A stretch of 64,000 nt of DNA from Pseudomonadota bacterium (GCA_021323945.1 JAJPKA010000017.1:31990-95989), one strand, 5' to 3'; positions 26,913 through 37,084 are shown, counted from the stretch's first letter. The notes: a model not told the origin generated them from the sequence alone. Numbers and translations are program-made.

Positions 26913-27301
26913 GTGAATCGCGATCAGACACGGGCTCATCGGGCGGTGCTCGATCGACCGCGGAGCGCCAGCCTGCTGGACTGACTGAGGGTCAGCCCTC
27001 TGACCAGAAGTCGCCAAGGCCCGATAGCCAGACGGAAGCATTCGACCGTGCTCAGTTCCCGGACGGCTTCTACTTGGGAGTTATCGTGTCGTTCGACCGC
27101 GTGCGCGGCCGCGGTGTGATCCGCTCCCGCGGAGGACGCGAAATCCGCTTCGAGTTTCCTTTTGTGAGCGTTGTCGGGGCGCCGATCGGCGGACGCTTTC
27201 CAGGCATCGACTTGCTGCATCAGGGCGATACCGTTGGATTCGACGTCGGATGGACCTCGAGAGGTCTTCGGATTACCAAGATCAAGCCGAGAACGCTCTG
27301 A
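26909..27301 (+). CDS. Hypothetical protein with a disordered N-terminus and a cold-shock-like (OB-fold-like) C-terminal region
   Basis: ATGA overlap with the grx stop. The C-terminal GVIVSFDRVRGRGVIRSRGGREIRFEF...LHQGDTVGFDV loosely follows the CSD pattern. This is only a weak similarity judged by eye. Confidence 0.5.
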   Translation: MSESRSDTGSSGGARSTAERQPAGLTEGQPSDQKSPRPDSQTEAFDRAQFPDGFYLGVIVSFDRVRGRGVIRSRGGREIRFEFPFVSVVGAPIGGRFPGIDLLHQGDTVGFDVGWTSRGLRITKIKPRTL

Positions 27302-27377
27302 GAAGTGGTCGACTTTAACCGACTCTTTTGGTGCCCACGGGATTGCACTGGCCCTCGGGCCAAGGTGACTGAGCAGT

Positions 27378-28856
27378 TTACGAGCGCACTCGATTCACTG
27401 CCGAATGCCATCCGGCAATAAGTTCGTCGCGCTCGCTCACCGGCATCCTCGGTTCAAACAATCGCGCGCCCTGCGCTGCCATAATTGGAGCATCGGCATC
27501 GCGCCAGACCCCGGCACTAATTCCCGCCAACATAGCAGCGCCGAGGGCTGTGGTCTCGACCATTCGCGGCCGCCGCACTGGGCATTGGAGCAAATCAGCC
27601 TGGAACTGCATCAGGTAATCGTTGGCGGATGCGCCTCCATCGACCCTGAGTTCCGTGACTGGACGGCCGGTATCAGTGCCAAGCGCCGCAATGACATCGC
27701 AGACTTGATAGGCAATACTATCAAGCGTGGCGCGCACTATATCGGTTTTGTTTGTATCGGGCGTTATGCCGACTATGGCGCCGCGCGCCCGACTATCCCA
27801 ATACGGCGCGCCTAAACCCACGAACGCCGGTATCACATAAAGCTGAGACTGCCGCTTGCTCCTGCGGGCTAGTGCGGCGGTCTCGGAGGATCTGTCGATC
27901 AGCCCGAGCCGGTCGCGCAGCCACTGCACGGCAGCGCCAGCTATAAAAACGGACCCTTCAAGCGCGAATCCCGGTTCACCCGTCTTCGTGAGGGCAATCG
28001 TGCTCAACAAGCGGTTGCGGGAATATACCCGTCGATCTCCAGTATGCATCAGCAGGAAAGCGCCGGTACCGTAGGTCGCCTTGAGATCGCCGGAGTTGAA
28101 GCAACGCTGCCCGAACATGGCAGCTTGTTGGTCGCCTATCGCTCCACCAATTGGAATCGACCGCGATGCAATCGTGCCGGGCGCAGTCTCACAGATGGGG
28201 CCGCGGGAGGCAATTGCTCGTGGCAGCAGCCGGGGTGGCACTGTTAACTCACGGCACATGAACTCATCCCAGGTGCGCGATTCCAGATTGAACAAAAGGG
28301 TACGTGACGCATTCGTGAAATCACTCACGAAAGCCTCGCCCCTTGAGAGTTTGTAAATGAGCCAGCTTTCAATCGTGCCGAAGCAGGCTTGGCCTCGTTC
28401 GCATTGGCGGCGCAGGTCAGGGTGCTGATCCAGGAGCCATTTCAGCTTCGTGCCGGAGAAGTAAGGGTCAACCAGCAGTCCGGTTCGCTGAGTTATTTCC
28501 GGTTCCTTCGCCCGGAGCCGGTCGCAAATTTCAGCACTGCGCCTGCATTGCCAGACGATCGCTGGGGTAAGAGGCCGCCCGCCTTTTCGTTCCCAGACGA
28601 CGAAAGTCTCACGCTGATTTGCGATACCAATCGCGGCGATCTCCCGCGAGTCAAGTCTGGCCTCGGCGATGGCTTGCCGACCTAAACTGATAACCGAGCG
28701 ATAGATCTCATCGGGGTTATGTTCCACCCAGCCAGGCCTCGGGTAGTACTGGCGGATCTCGCCGTAGGTCCGGGCGCGAACCCTCCCTCGTGAATCGATC
28801 AATAGGACTGTGGTACCCGTGGTGCCCTGATCAATCGCCAAAACGTGGCTGGCCAT
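27378..28856 (-). CDS. glpK: Glycerol kinase
   Basis: VLAIDQGTTGTT, NQRETFVVWE, GAIGDQQAAMFGQ and VDGGASANDYLMQFQADL. ATG at 28856 gives the usual N-terminal length. The track ORF starts at TTG 28877. Confidence 0.9.
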   Translation of the reverse strand: MASHVLAIDQGTTGTTVLLIDSRGRVRARTYGEIRQYYPRPGWVEHNPDEIYRSVISLGRQAIAEARLDSREIAAIGIANQRETFVVWERKGGRPLTPAIVWQCRRSAEICDRLRAKEPEITQRTGLLVDPYFSGTKLKWLLDQHPDLRRQCERGQACFGTIESWLIYKLSRGEAFVSDFTNASRTLLFNLESRTWDEFMCRELTVPPRLLPRAIASRGPICETAPGTIASRSIPIGGAIGDQQAAMFGQRCFNSGDLKATYGTGAFLLMHTGDRRVYSRNRLLSTIALTKTGEPGFALEGSVFIAGAAVQWLRDRLGLIDRSSETAALARRSKRQSQLYVIPAFVGLGAPYWDSRARGAIVGITPDTNKTDIVRATLDSIAYQVCDVIAALGTDTGRPVTELRVDGGASANDYLMQFQADLLQCPVRRPRMVETTALGAAMLAGISAGVWRDADAPIMAAQGARLFEPRMPVSERDELIAGWHSAVNRVRS

Positions 28857-28890
28857 TAAGAGTCGAGACTTCCTCAACCAGCTGGAGGGA

Positions 28891-29835
28891 TCACGCCAGC
28901 GCGGACAATGCCTGGATGGTGGCTCGGACGGATTTTGGATCGCTCGCGGAGTGAACTTTGATAGAGCGGTTAATCCGCCTCATCAGGCCGCCGAGCACGC
29001 GACCTTCGCCGAATTCGATGGCATCAGTGACGCCGAGTTGGGCCATTCGCGTCATAGATTCTTCCCATCGTACTGGAGCGGTTACTTGCTCAAGCAAGAG
29101 CGGCTTAACACGCTCCGACTCAAGATTCACTTCTGCGGTTACATTCGCGATCACTCCGAAGCGCAGAGGATTGATTGCAATTCGCTCTAGGACCGCCATC
29201 AAACCTTCACGTGCCGGGCGCATCAAGGGACAGTGAAATGGGGCGCTTACTTTAAGCTCCATCGACCCGGCCCCGCCCCGGCTCTTGGCCAGTTCCACCG
29301 CGCGACGAACTGCTGAAGTATGTCCTGAGATCACCACCTGGCCCGGTGCATTGAGGTTTGCGGGAACAGCCAACTCTTTGTCGGTCGAGACCTCGGCGCA
29401 CACTGCCTCGACAGCGGGCATATCGAGACCGACAAGTGCTGCCATGGTGCCTTCACCAGCGGGGCACGCCTGCTGCATGAGACGTCCTCGCTCTCGTACG
29501 GCTGCAATAGCGTCCGCAAAATTTAGGGCCCCCGCCGCTACCAGCGCACTGTACTCGCCCAGACTGTGACCTGCTGCGACGGCGGGAGACAGCCCACACT
29601 CGGCTTCAAACACCCGCAACGCCGCTATCGAAGTGGCCAGAGTCGCGGGCTGTGTGTTCTCAGTAAGCCGAAGTTTTTCCTCGGGCCCTTCGAAACAAAG
29701 AGAGGAAAGCGGGAAGCCTAAAACCGCATCTGCTTCCTCAAACACTCGCCGAGCTGGCGCGAACTCGCGCACCAATTCAGCCCCCATCCCAACTCTCTGA
29801 GCTCCCTGCCCAGGGAATAAGAAAGCAAGCTTCAT
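28891..29835 (-). CDS. fabD: Malonyl CoA-ACP transacylase
   Basis: AFLFPGQGAQ, GHSLGEYSALV (active-site Ser), and VSAPFHCPLM. The start is ATG 29835 or GTG 29844. Confidence 0.9.
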   Translation of the reverse strand: MKLAFLFPGQGAQRVGMGAELVREFAPARRVFEEADAVLGFPLSSLCFEGPEEKLRLTENTQPATLATSIAALRVFEAECGLSPAVAAGHSLGEYSALVAAGALNFADAIAAVRERGRLMQQACPAGEGTMAALVGLDMPAVEAVCAEVSTDKELAVPANLNAPGQVVISGHTSAVRRAVELAKSRGGAGSMELKVSAPFHCPLMRPAREGLMAVLERIAINPLRFGVIANVTAEVNLESERVKPLLLEQVTAPVRWEESMTRMAQLGVTDAIEFGEGRVLGGLMRRINRSIKVHSASDPKSVRATIQALSALA

Positions 29836-30020
29836 GGTCCTCACAAATCCCGGTTCGGTAAGACCTTTAGTTTGTCACAGAGTTCCCTTCAACTCTGTAG
29901 GGCACATGCCCTGCCCGAGGCTGATGAGCAAACAGTCCCCGTTCGGCTTAATCGGTTACAAAGCTTAGTCTCGTTGCTCCTGTACATCCTGACTTAAAGC
30001 GGTTTTCAGGCTAAACGCGC

Positions 30021-31376
30021 TTAAGCCGGCTTAGGCTTGCCGTTCTTTTCGGGCTGGTCGCTGGCGTCGGTGACATCTGATTCCCCGTCTCGCGGGGCGC
30101 CGTTGGAGAGTCCTGGCCGTGTCGTAGGAGGCTTGAAGCTATTGGCGGCCTCTGAGCGGGGCGAGTCAGCCCCTTTGGGATCGGTTCTCACACTAGCCAT
30201 TAGAGCCGTGCTCTCGCGTCGGCCGCTTCCTGATCCCCGCTGCAAAGCAGTTTCGAGGTGAGGTTCCGACCGTCTAGGGGTGTGTGTGTCGCGGCTACCA
30301 TGAAGACGTTCGCGCATTCGCTCGAGCACGCCCCGAAGACCACGTCCCGAACTGGGCTTGGCCATCACGCCAAGCGGGTTGGCGGCTAACACATCCACAA
30401 TTTGCGCGTTAACTTGACGAACTAATGACTCGTTGGCCGCCGTTCGAATAGCGTTTCGGATTGCACGTGCGGTTGACGAGCCGTGAGCGATGATCGCGAC
30501 TCCGTTGACGCCGAGCAGGGGCGCGCCGCCATACTCGGCAGGATCGAGTCGCTGGCGGATTGAGTTGATGCGCCGTCGAAAGAAGAGAAAATAGAGAATA
30601 CGCCGTAGCAGGCCGTTGTCGAAGAGCTCGCGTAAGTTTCCAAGCAGGAACGCGGCAAAGCCCTCCATCGTCTTCAGTGTCACGTTGCCGGTAAAGCCGT
30701 CAGTGACCACCACGTCGGCCTTGGCACGATTGATATCGCGACCCTCGACGTAGCCAATGTAGTTTACATGCACGCCCATCTGCAGCAGGGCTGTAGCGGC
30801 CGCACGAGTCAGCTCGGTGCCTTTAGAGGCCTCTTCGCCATTGGATAAGATACCGACGCGCGGGTGAGCAACCCCGTGCACTTGGCGCCAGTAAACACAG
30901 CCCATTACGGCGAACTGGACGAGATTAAGCGGCTTGACCTCGGTATTGGCCCCGGCGTCAATCAACAGGCTCAACCCGCTCGTGGTCGGCACTGTTGAGG
31001 CGATTGCTGGCCGGTCGACCCCGGGTAGATTGCCTAACGTCGCCATTGCGGCCGCCATCACGGCTCCGGAATTGCCGGCGCTCACGAATCCATCGACCTT
31101 GCCGTGCTTAACGAGGTCGAGGCCAACGTGGATCGATGACTCCGGCTTGGCGAGGACCGATTCGACTGGCGACTCGTCCATCGCCACACTCTCAGCGGCG
31201 TGCTCTATCGTGATCGGCAGTCCGCGGGCGTCGTAGTCCGACAGTTCCCGAGCGAGCAGCTCGCGATCGCCGACCAGCACTACCTCGATGCCGAAATCTC
31301 GGGCCGCTGCGATGGCGCCTTCAAGGGTAGCCTTGGGCGCGAGATCTCCTCCCATCGCATCGAGTGCGATTTTCAA
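30021..31376 (-). CDS. plsX: Phosphate acyltransferase PlsX with a disordered C-terminal extension of about 105 aa
   Basis: MKIALDAMGGDLAP, GNSGA, VTDGFTGNV and the yceD-rpmF-plsX gene order. The tail is rich in R, S, P, G, D and E. Confidence 0.9.
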   Translation of the reverse strand: MKIALDAMGGDLAPKATLEGAIAAARDFGIEVVLVGDRELLARELSDYDARGLPITIEHAAESVAMDESPVESVLAKPESSIHVGLDLVKHGKVDGFVSAGNSGAVMAAAMATLGNLPGVDRPAIASTVPTTSGLSLLIDAGANTEVKPLNLVQFAVMGCVYWRQVHGVAHPRVGILSNGEEASKGTELTRAAATALLQMGVHVNYIGYVEGRDINRAKADVVVTDGFTGNVTLKTMEGFAAFLLGNLRELFDNGLLRRILYFLFFRRRINSIRQRLDPAEYGGAPLLGVNGVAIIAHGSSTARAIRNAIRTAANESLVRQVNAQIVDVLAANPLGVMAKPSSGRGLRGVLERMRERLHGSRDTHTPRRSEPHLETALQRGSGSGRRESTALMASVRTDPKGADSPRSEAANSFKPPTTRPGLSNGAPRDGESDVTDASDQPEKNGKPKPA

Positions 31377-31418
31377 GGAGCAATCCTCAACACGCTGTCA
31401 AAGGTAGTTTCAACCGGC

Positions 31419-31601
31419 TTAGGCTTCTGCGGGCGTGGCCAGCTCGCGGCCCCGGTAGGTGCCACAATGACGACAGACGCGGTGGGGGAGGGTAGGCTCA
31501 CCACAATTCGGGCACGCGACCGGATTCACCGGGCGTAAGGCGTCGTGGGCACGGCGCTTATCGCGCTTGGAGCTCGATGTACGGCGCTTGGGTGCTTGCA
31601 T
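31419..31601 (-). CDS. rpmF: 50S ribosomal protein L32
   Basis: [19 protein letters not shown]...[17 protein letters not shown] at 31601 was verified. The track ORF is extended upstream. Confidence 0.9.
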   Translation of the reverse strand: MQAPKRRTSSSKRDKRRAHDALRPVNPVACPNCGEPTLPHRVCRHCGTYRGRELATPAEA

Positions 31602-31645
31602 GCTGGATTTTTCCTCTCTGATTGAGCCGCAACGGATGATGGCAG

Positions 31646-32179
31646 TCAGCGAGCGACTTTTAAAGTCCGCAACACGGCGAGTCGTGGGTCCAGGCCTCCG
31701 CTGGTACATCGGCAGCTAATCTCGTTGAGATTTGCCCCGCATTGTGGACAGAGCCCACGACATTCTTCGCGGCACAGCGGCCGCTCCGCCATGGCCAAAA
31801 GTGCCTGCTCGCGGATAAGCGGGCTGAGGTCAATCTCGTCACCTTGATAGAATGACAGTTCGAGGTCCTCGGCGGTTAGCTCGAGGTCGCGGTTATCGCT
31901 CATGGCCTTCGGTGCCAGGACATAGCGAAACCGGCGGTAACTGGGTCGACTAAACTCCTCAGCGCAGCGGGCACAGGCAGCGGTTGCCTCCGCCTCGAGC
32001 GTCCCGCTGACGAAAATGTCGGTTCCTGCTCGATAGTAGGAAAGCGAGACCTGGAGCGGCGCTGTGACGAAGTATTCACGCAGGTTACCCCGGGTCAGGG
32101 TCCGATTGAGTTCCTGCTCCGGCTCGGCAAAGGAGATTTCCCGCCCCTCGGCGGTGATATCATCGATGCGGAGTTTCAC
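31646..32179 (-). CDS. yceD: YceD/DUF177 family protein (large-subunit rRNA accumulation protein)
   Basis: 177 aa immediately upstream of rpmF, with the C-terminal Cys motif [20 protein letters not shown]. Confidence 0.85.
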   Translation of the reverse strand: MKLRIDDITAEGREISFAEPEQELNRTLTRGNLREYFVTAPLQVSLSYYRAGTDIFVSGTLEAEATAACARCAEEFSRPSYRRFRYVLAPKAMSDNRDLELTAEDLELSFYQGDEIDLSPLIREQALLAMAERPLCREECRGLCPQCGANLNEISCRCTSGGLDPRLAVLRTLKVAR

Positions 32180-32228
32180 GGGAATGCACCGTCTCAGGTA
32201 AGATATAGTTCATCATTATGTCATGACC

Positions 32229-32927
32229 TCAGACACGGTCAAATACGGTGCTTGGCCTACTAACAGTTATGCGTGGGCAATCCGACCTGAGCGAACATTC
32301 CGCACAGCGCGGAGAGCGCGCATGACAGACGCGCCGTCCGTGCAGGATGAGCCGCATGGAGAAGGGTGTCCAATCACTGGCCGGCACAAGCTGTTGCAAG
32401 TCCTGCTCGATCGCGTCGGCCTCACGCTGGACCGTGAAACCCAGACGCAGCGCTAATCGCCGGACGTGCGTGTCAACCACCAAGGCTGGCTGGCCGAACA
32501 CGTGGCCCAGTAGCACGTTGGCGGTTTTGCGGCCCACCCCTGGCAGTGTCAACAGGTCCTCCATGCTGTCAGGCACCTGGCCCTTGAAGCGTTGCTGAAT
32601 CGCGGAAGCGGCCGCCTTGAGCGCTTTGGCCTTTTGTCGAAAGAAGCCAGTCGGTCGAATCAGGGACTGAATTTCTTCGAGTGGTACGTGACTCATCGCG
32701 TCAGCGTCCGGAAAACGGCGGAATAGTTCTGGCGTTGTGCGATTGACGCGCTCGTCCGTGCACTGAGCGGACAAGACAGTGGCGACCAGGCACTGCCAAG
32801 GAGTGGTGAAGTCCAGCGTGATTCGGGCTTGCGGATAAAGTCGGGCGAGAGCGGCGCAAACACGCCGGGCGCGGGCGCGCCGCGCGCCCGGTGACTCTTG
32901 CAAGCAACGGTCTGGCTTTTTTCTCAT
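32229..32927 (-). CDS. nth: Endonuclease III
   Basis: LVATVLSAQCTDERVN, the HhH motif LPGVGRKTANVLL, VDTHV, and the 4Fe-4S motif CHARSPRCAECSLRSDC. ATG at 32927 sits just after the upstream gene's stop. The track ORF is over-extended. Confidence 0.9.
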   Translation of the reverse strand: MRKKPDRCLQESPGARRARARRVCAALARLYPQARITLDFTTPWQCLVATVLSAQCTDERVNRTTPELFRRFPDADAMSHVPLEEIQSLIRPTGFFRQKAKALKAAASAIQQRFKGQVPDSMEDLLTLPGVGRKTANVLLGHVFGQPALVVDTHVRRLALRLGFTVQREADAIEQDLQQLVPASDWTPFSMRLILHGRRVCHARSPRCAECSLRSDCPRITVSRPSTVFDRV

Positions 32928-32932
32928 AGCGC

Positions 32933-33859
32933 TTAGGGCAAGCCCATCCAGTCGGGTTGCGCAACTGCACGCCAGCGTTGTCGAATCGCATCGAACTCCG
33001 CCTGGGGCAGGGGGCCAGCTTTCAGCAGTGCGGCGTTCTGCTGCCACCTCGACGCCTGCGTGGTGCCGACGATGGCCGTATGCACCCCCGGAACGCTTAG
33101 CGTGAAGCGCAGCGCAATTCCTACTGCAGCCTTCGGATCGCGGTTGAGGAAATCGTAGTTCAACCTCCGCAGCCGCAGCCGATAAGACCGGGAATACAAG
33201 GCGCGCGACCACCAGCTCCCGCTTAGCCAAACCGCATTCGCTATCGGTCGCTTGGCGATGACCCCGATATCGTGAGAACGCGCTGCTGGTAATACCCCGT
33301 CGAGGGCCGCCTGGTCAGCGATACTTATCGAAATCTGCAGAGTATCGAATACGCCACAGGTGATTGCGAACAGAGCCGCTGCCCCGTCGCCACTATAACC
33401 CAGGTACCGTACCTTGCCTTTGTCGCGAGCGCGCTGCAGCGCCTCTATCAGCTCGCCTCGGCGCAGATACCGTTCATCGCACGAGTGCAGCTGGATCACA
33501 TCAACATAAGTGGTACGCAGCCGTTGCAGACTGCGGTCGATGCTGGCTTCGATGAGAGCGGGGGTCCAATCCCGCATAGGGAGCCCTGCGGCATGCCCAC
33601 ATTTGGTCAGGATATAGAAGTCGTTGCGGCGATGTCCGACGGCGCGGCCGATAAGCTCCTCACTGTTGCCGTAGCACTCGGCAGTGTCGATGACGTTGAG
33701 GCCGGCATCGAGTGCTCTGCCGAGAATTGACTCGGCCAGTTTGAGCCCAACGCGTTTCTGGCCCAACTCGGAGGCACCGAAGCCAAGCGCGCTCACCATG
33801 AGTCCTGTCCGGCCAAGGCGCCGCTGTTCGATTTGGCTTTCGTAAGATGCGTCTTCCAT
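32933..33859 (-). CDS. Aldo/keto reductase
   Basis: RRLGRTGLMVSALGFG, IDTAECYGNSEELIG, DVIQLHS and VRYLGYS. ATG at 33859 shares one base with the upstream stop. Confidence 0.85.
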   Translation of the reverse strand: MEDASYESQIEQRRLGRTGLMVSALGFGASELGQKRVGLKLAESILGRALDAGLNVIDTAECYGNSEELIGRAVGHRRNDFYILTKCGHAAGLPMRDWTPALIEASIDRSLQRLRTTYVDVIQLHSCDERYLRRGELIEALQRARDKGKVRYLGYSGDGAAALFAITCGVFDTLQISISIADQAALDGVLPAARSHDIGVIAKRPIANAVWLSGSWWSRALYSRSYRLRLRRLNYDFLNRDPKAAVGIALRFTLSVPGVHTAIVGTTQASRWQQNAALLKAGPLPQAEFDAIRQRWRAVAQPDWMGLP

Positions 33860-34755
33860 CAGGGTTTGCCACCGGAGGGTTTGGCAAAAGTTTGCAGAGT
33901 CGCGACCCATTCGCTGGTAGAATTGTCCTGGAATTCTGCGGCGATCTGCTCGTACAGCCGGGCAGCTCCTCGATAGATATCACCTCCTCTCGCATCGTCC
34001 CCGACGAAATCGGCGATCTCTTCCATCTCGGCCACCCATCGGTAGGCCTTGTGCAGCATGCCCGGTAGAAAGCGCTCAAGGCGCGCCAGAAGATCCGGTT
34101 GCGACCGCGCCAGTTCGGCCCGCAAGGGGCCGTCAAGACGCTGACTGGCAGCCACACGCATCATGGCGGCCCCCAGGGCGGTAAAGCCTTTCGTGAGGCC
34201 AGCATAGGCGAGCTTCAAACCTGATGCGGCTCCGATCGGACCGTCGAGGACCCAAATGTCGAGGCCGTACGCGCCCAGGCTGGCAAACTTATTGGCCTGT
34301 GGGCCAGAGGCATAGAAGCGGGGACCCTTCGTGAGATCGTCGAGCGACGGAGGGCCTCCGATTATCCCTGCGTCGACGAAGATACACCCGGTATCTTTCA
34401 GCAGCGCGTCGATAACGCGCACGCTCGAGGGCGCGATCGCATTGCAGTCGACGAAAACGGGCTTGCGAGTCGCTCTAGTCAAGGGTGCATGAAAACGCTC
34501 GGCGACAGCGCGCGCGACAGCCGGCGGCACGATCGAGAGGATGAATTCGGCTCGTTGGACCAAGGAAGCGTCGTCGTTAATAACTTCAAGTCCTGCATCC
34601 AAGGCTCGGCGGACACTCTGGCCGCTTCGCCCCTTGAGCTCAGTCATCACGTGCGCACCCATCTGGCGCAGGCGCCGACCAACTGCGCTACCCATTTCGC
34701 CGGCGCCGATTATCGCGACGTCCACGGGACCCTGCGAGTATGAACCGACTGCCAT
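33859..34755 (-). CDS. NAD(P)-dependent oxidoreductase (6PGDH-type NAD-binding domain, DUF1932-like C-terminus)
   Basis: VDVAIIGAGEMGSAVGRRL glycine loop. ATG at 34755 is preceded by GCGGAGGCAAAG. The track ORF starts at 34857. Confidence 0.7.
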   Translation of the reverse strand: MAVGSYSQGPVDVAIIGAGEMGSAVGRRLRQMGAHVMTELKGRSGQSVRRALDAGLEVINDDASLVQRAEFILSIVPPAVARAVAERFHAPLTRATRKPVFVDCNAIAPSSVRVIDALLKDTGCIFVDAGIIGGPPSLDDLTKGPRFYASGPQANKFASLGAYGLDIWVLDGPIGAASGLKLAYAGLTKGFTALGAAMMRVAASQRLDGPLRAELARSQPDLLARLERFLPGMLHKAYRWVAEMEEIADFVGDDARGGDIYRGAARLYEQIAAEFQDNSTSEWVATLQTFAKPSGGKP

Positions 34756-36220
34756 CTTTGCCTCCGCGGCTGAATCATAATGCGATCTGAAGGACGTTGG
34801 GGAGTCTCTGGTGGACGGATTTGCAGGAAGGAAATTACAACCCATAACCATATACATAATGAAACCACTGCTGTGCCCGGTCTTTTAACATTTGATACTG
34901 CTAGAACGACGGTAGTCCCAGGCTGCGAGGTCGCACAGTTGACTTTCGAGAGATGGTGGCGGGGCTAGGTGACCGGCATCAGGACGCGGTCGCATTCTGC
35001 CTTGTCAAGATTAAGTCGTCAGCATCTTTAGCTGGGATGCTTTGGGCTCGTCCATTCACGCCCAGCTTTAGTCATCCGGTGCAGCGGTGCGACGAAGCGA
35101 GCCCGAATTTTGACCACGCGGATCACCGGATCGCTTGATTGGATCGTCAGTCATTGCCCAAGCGCCAATAAAATGCCGCTTAGGGCACTGTTCAATGCGA
35201 CTCCGAATCGCTGCGGACCTCTCTAACGAGCGTGGACTTAGGCGATGGACGGTTTTGTTTCCAAGATGAGTGTCCCCATTCAGGCCACTGTGTCACAGAG
35301 TATGCACCCGATCCGTACTTTAAAGACCCAAGAAGTGAAGTTTCTACTCGGCATGGATTCTGCGTCCCGAGCCTAAACGACTGGACCAGAAAAAGATCGG
35401 GCCGGATTTCGAGCAGCCACGACCAATGCCTCTCGAGGGGACAATACTGAGCTCTGCCGAAGAATTGGGGGGGACTTTTCGAGAGGGGGGACTTCGGATG
35501 GGAGCGAGAGCGGCCGGAACAGACCCTCTTTCCTCCCTCCGAAGGCCTGCAAAGTCGCAAATCGATTGGCTGGCAGTCGCAAGACCTGGGTGTTCACTGG
35601 ACTCAGATTTCGCTCCTCTGACGGGCCCCGACTGTGCCGCGGGCTCGGGCTTCGGCGAAAGCGCGAACTCGCAGGACGTTGTGGTCGGCGTGACGTGGTT
35701 GAGGAACCCGCTGGCGTGGTTAATGCTGGCTGTCTCGGGAAGTGTTTATGGCGTGTTGGCCTACGCGATAATTCAACTTTGGCATTGACCCATCTGCCGT
35801 TTCCTTCTTAAAAGATTCCACCCAACATCGCTCTGGCATCGGTCGATGCGCCGACGTGGTCCGGGGGCCATCGGCAATTAGGGCAGGTCCGCTTTGGCTC
35901 TCTATTCAGGCCGAGCCGGTGAGCAACCTTTCTCAGAAGCCAACCATAGGCTTGACAGCTGCCTCGAGAGCACGCCCCTTAGCTGGCTCCTCTGAATAAG
36001 TCGTTTATATCCGCGAGACTCATCTGGCCCGACTTCAAATCGACGACTGGGCGGCAGAACACGTCGAGGGCCGCCTGATGAACGCAAACAAGTCAGGCGC
36101 CAGCGGGCTGCGATGGGCGGATGTTATAGCTATGAGCCCTGAATCAGGCGCGCTATGTTACGAGAGCTTGTGAAGTCGAAGCTGTCGTCGGCAACAAGGC
36201 CAGCATAAAGGAGATTCAAC

Positions 36221-37003
36221 ATGGGACGCCTGGAGGGAAAGGTCGCTTTTATTACGGGCGCGGGTTCCGGCATTGCTCGGGCCGCTGCACGTCTGTTTGC
36301 GCAAGAAGGCGCTCGTGTCGTGGTAGCGGAATTAAAGCCAGAGTTAGGACGTTTGACTGAGCAGTGGGTGCGTGACACCGGCGGCGAAGCCAAATTTGTC
36401 GAAACCGACGTCACCAAGGAAGACAGCGTCAAAAACTCGATTCAGGAAACGGTCAGTCAATTCGGCAAATTGGACATCCTGTATAACTGTGCGGGCGGCT
36501 CCATCGTTCAGGATGCGCCAGTGACCGAGGTCGACATGTTTGTGTGGCAGCATACGATCTCGCTTGATTTACTCGGCACCTTCCATTGCTGCCGGCACGG
36601 CATTCCAGAGCTGATAAAAGCGGGCGGCGGCGCCATCGTGAACATGTCCTCGGTCGCCGCGCTACGCGGATTTCCCGCGCATGTCTACGTTGCGGCCAAA
36701 GGGGGCATCATTTCATTGACCCGTGCCTTGGCGGGTCAATACGCGAAGAATGGGATTCGGGCGAACGCCATCTGTCCGGGATTAGTGAAAACTGACCGTG
36801 TACTTCAACGCTTTGGCGATCCCAATGACCCCAACTCGGGATCGCCCCAGGCACAGGCGATAAAACATCAATTTCAGCGCTATCCATTTTCGGTGGGAGA
36901 GCCTGAAGATATTGCCCGCATTGCCTTGTTCCTGGCCTCAGATGAGGCGCGGATGATTACCGGCGCAATCATACCGGCCGATGGAGGTCTAACCGCATAT
37001 TAG
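36221..37003 (+). CDS. Short-chain dehydrogenase/reductase (SDR)
   Basis: GKVAFITGAGSGIARA, NCAG, and SS..YVAAKGG (YxxxK), PG.V.T. Confidence 0.85.
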   Translation: MGRLEGKVAFITGAGSGIARAAARLFAQEGARVVVAELKPELGRLTEQWVRDTGGEAKFVETDVTKEDSVKNSIQETVSQFGKLDILYNCAGGSIVQDAPVTEVDMFVWQHTISLDLLGTFHCCRHGIPELIKAGGGAIVNMSSVAALRGFPAHVYVAAKGGIISLTRALAGQYAKNGIRANAICPGLVKTDRVLQRFGDPNDPNSGSPQAQAIKHQFQRYPFSVGEPEDIARIALFLASDEARMITGAIIPADGGLTAY

Positions 37004-37084
37004 TCAAGAGAGCAGCGGACCGCTTAACCACCCGATCGCCAGCCCCGTACTATCGGCAAATCGGACTGACCTCGAGAGCTTGCC

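Noticed and set aside
35280-35560. A possible RNase P RNA or tmRNA in the ORF-poor gap. The minus strand reads GGAGGGAGGAAAGAGGGUC, superficially like the GAGGAAAGUCCGGGC box.
   Set aside because: The invariant GUCC following GGAAA is missing. There is no ACAGAACCCGGCUUA-like CR-V, no tRNA-like 3' end and no tag reading frame. The resemblance is a short chance match. The region is still flagged as unexplained.
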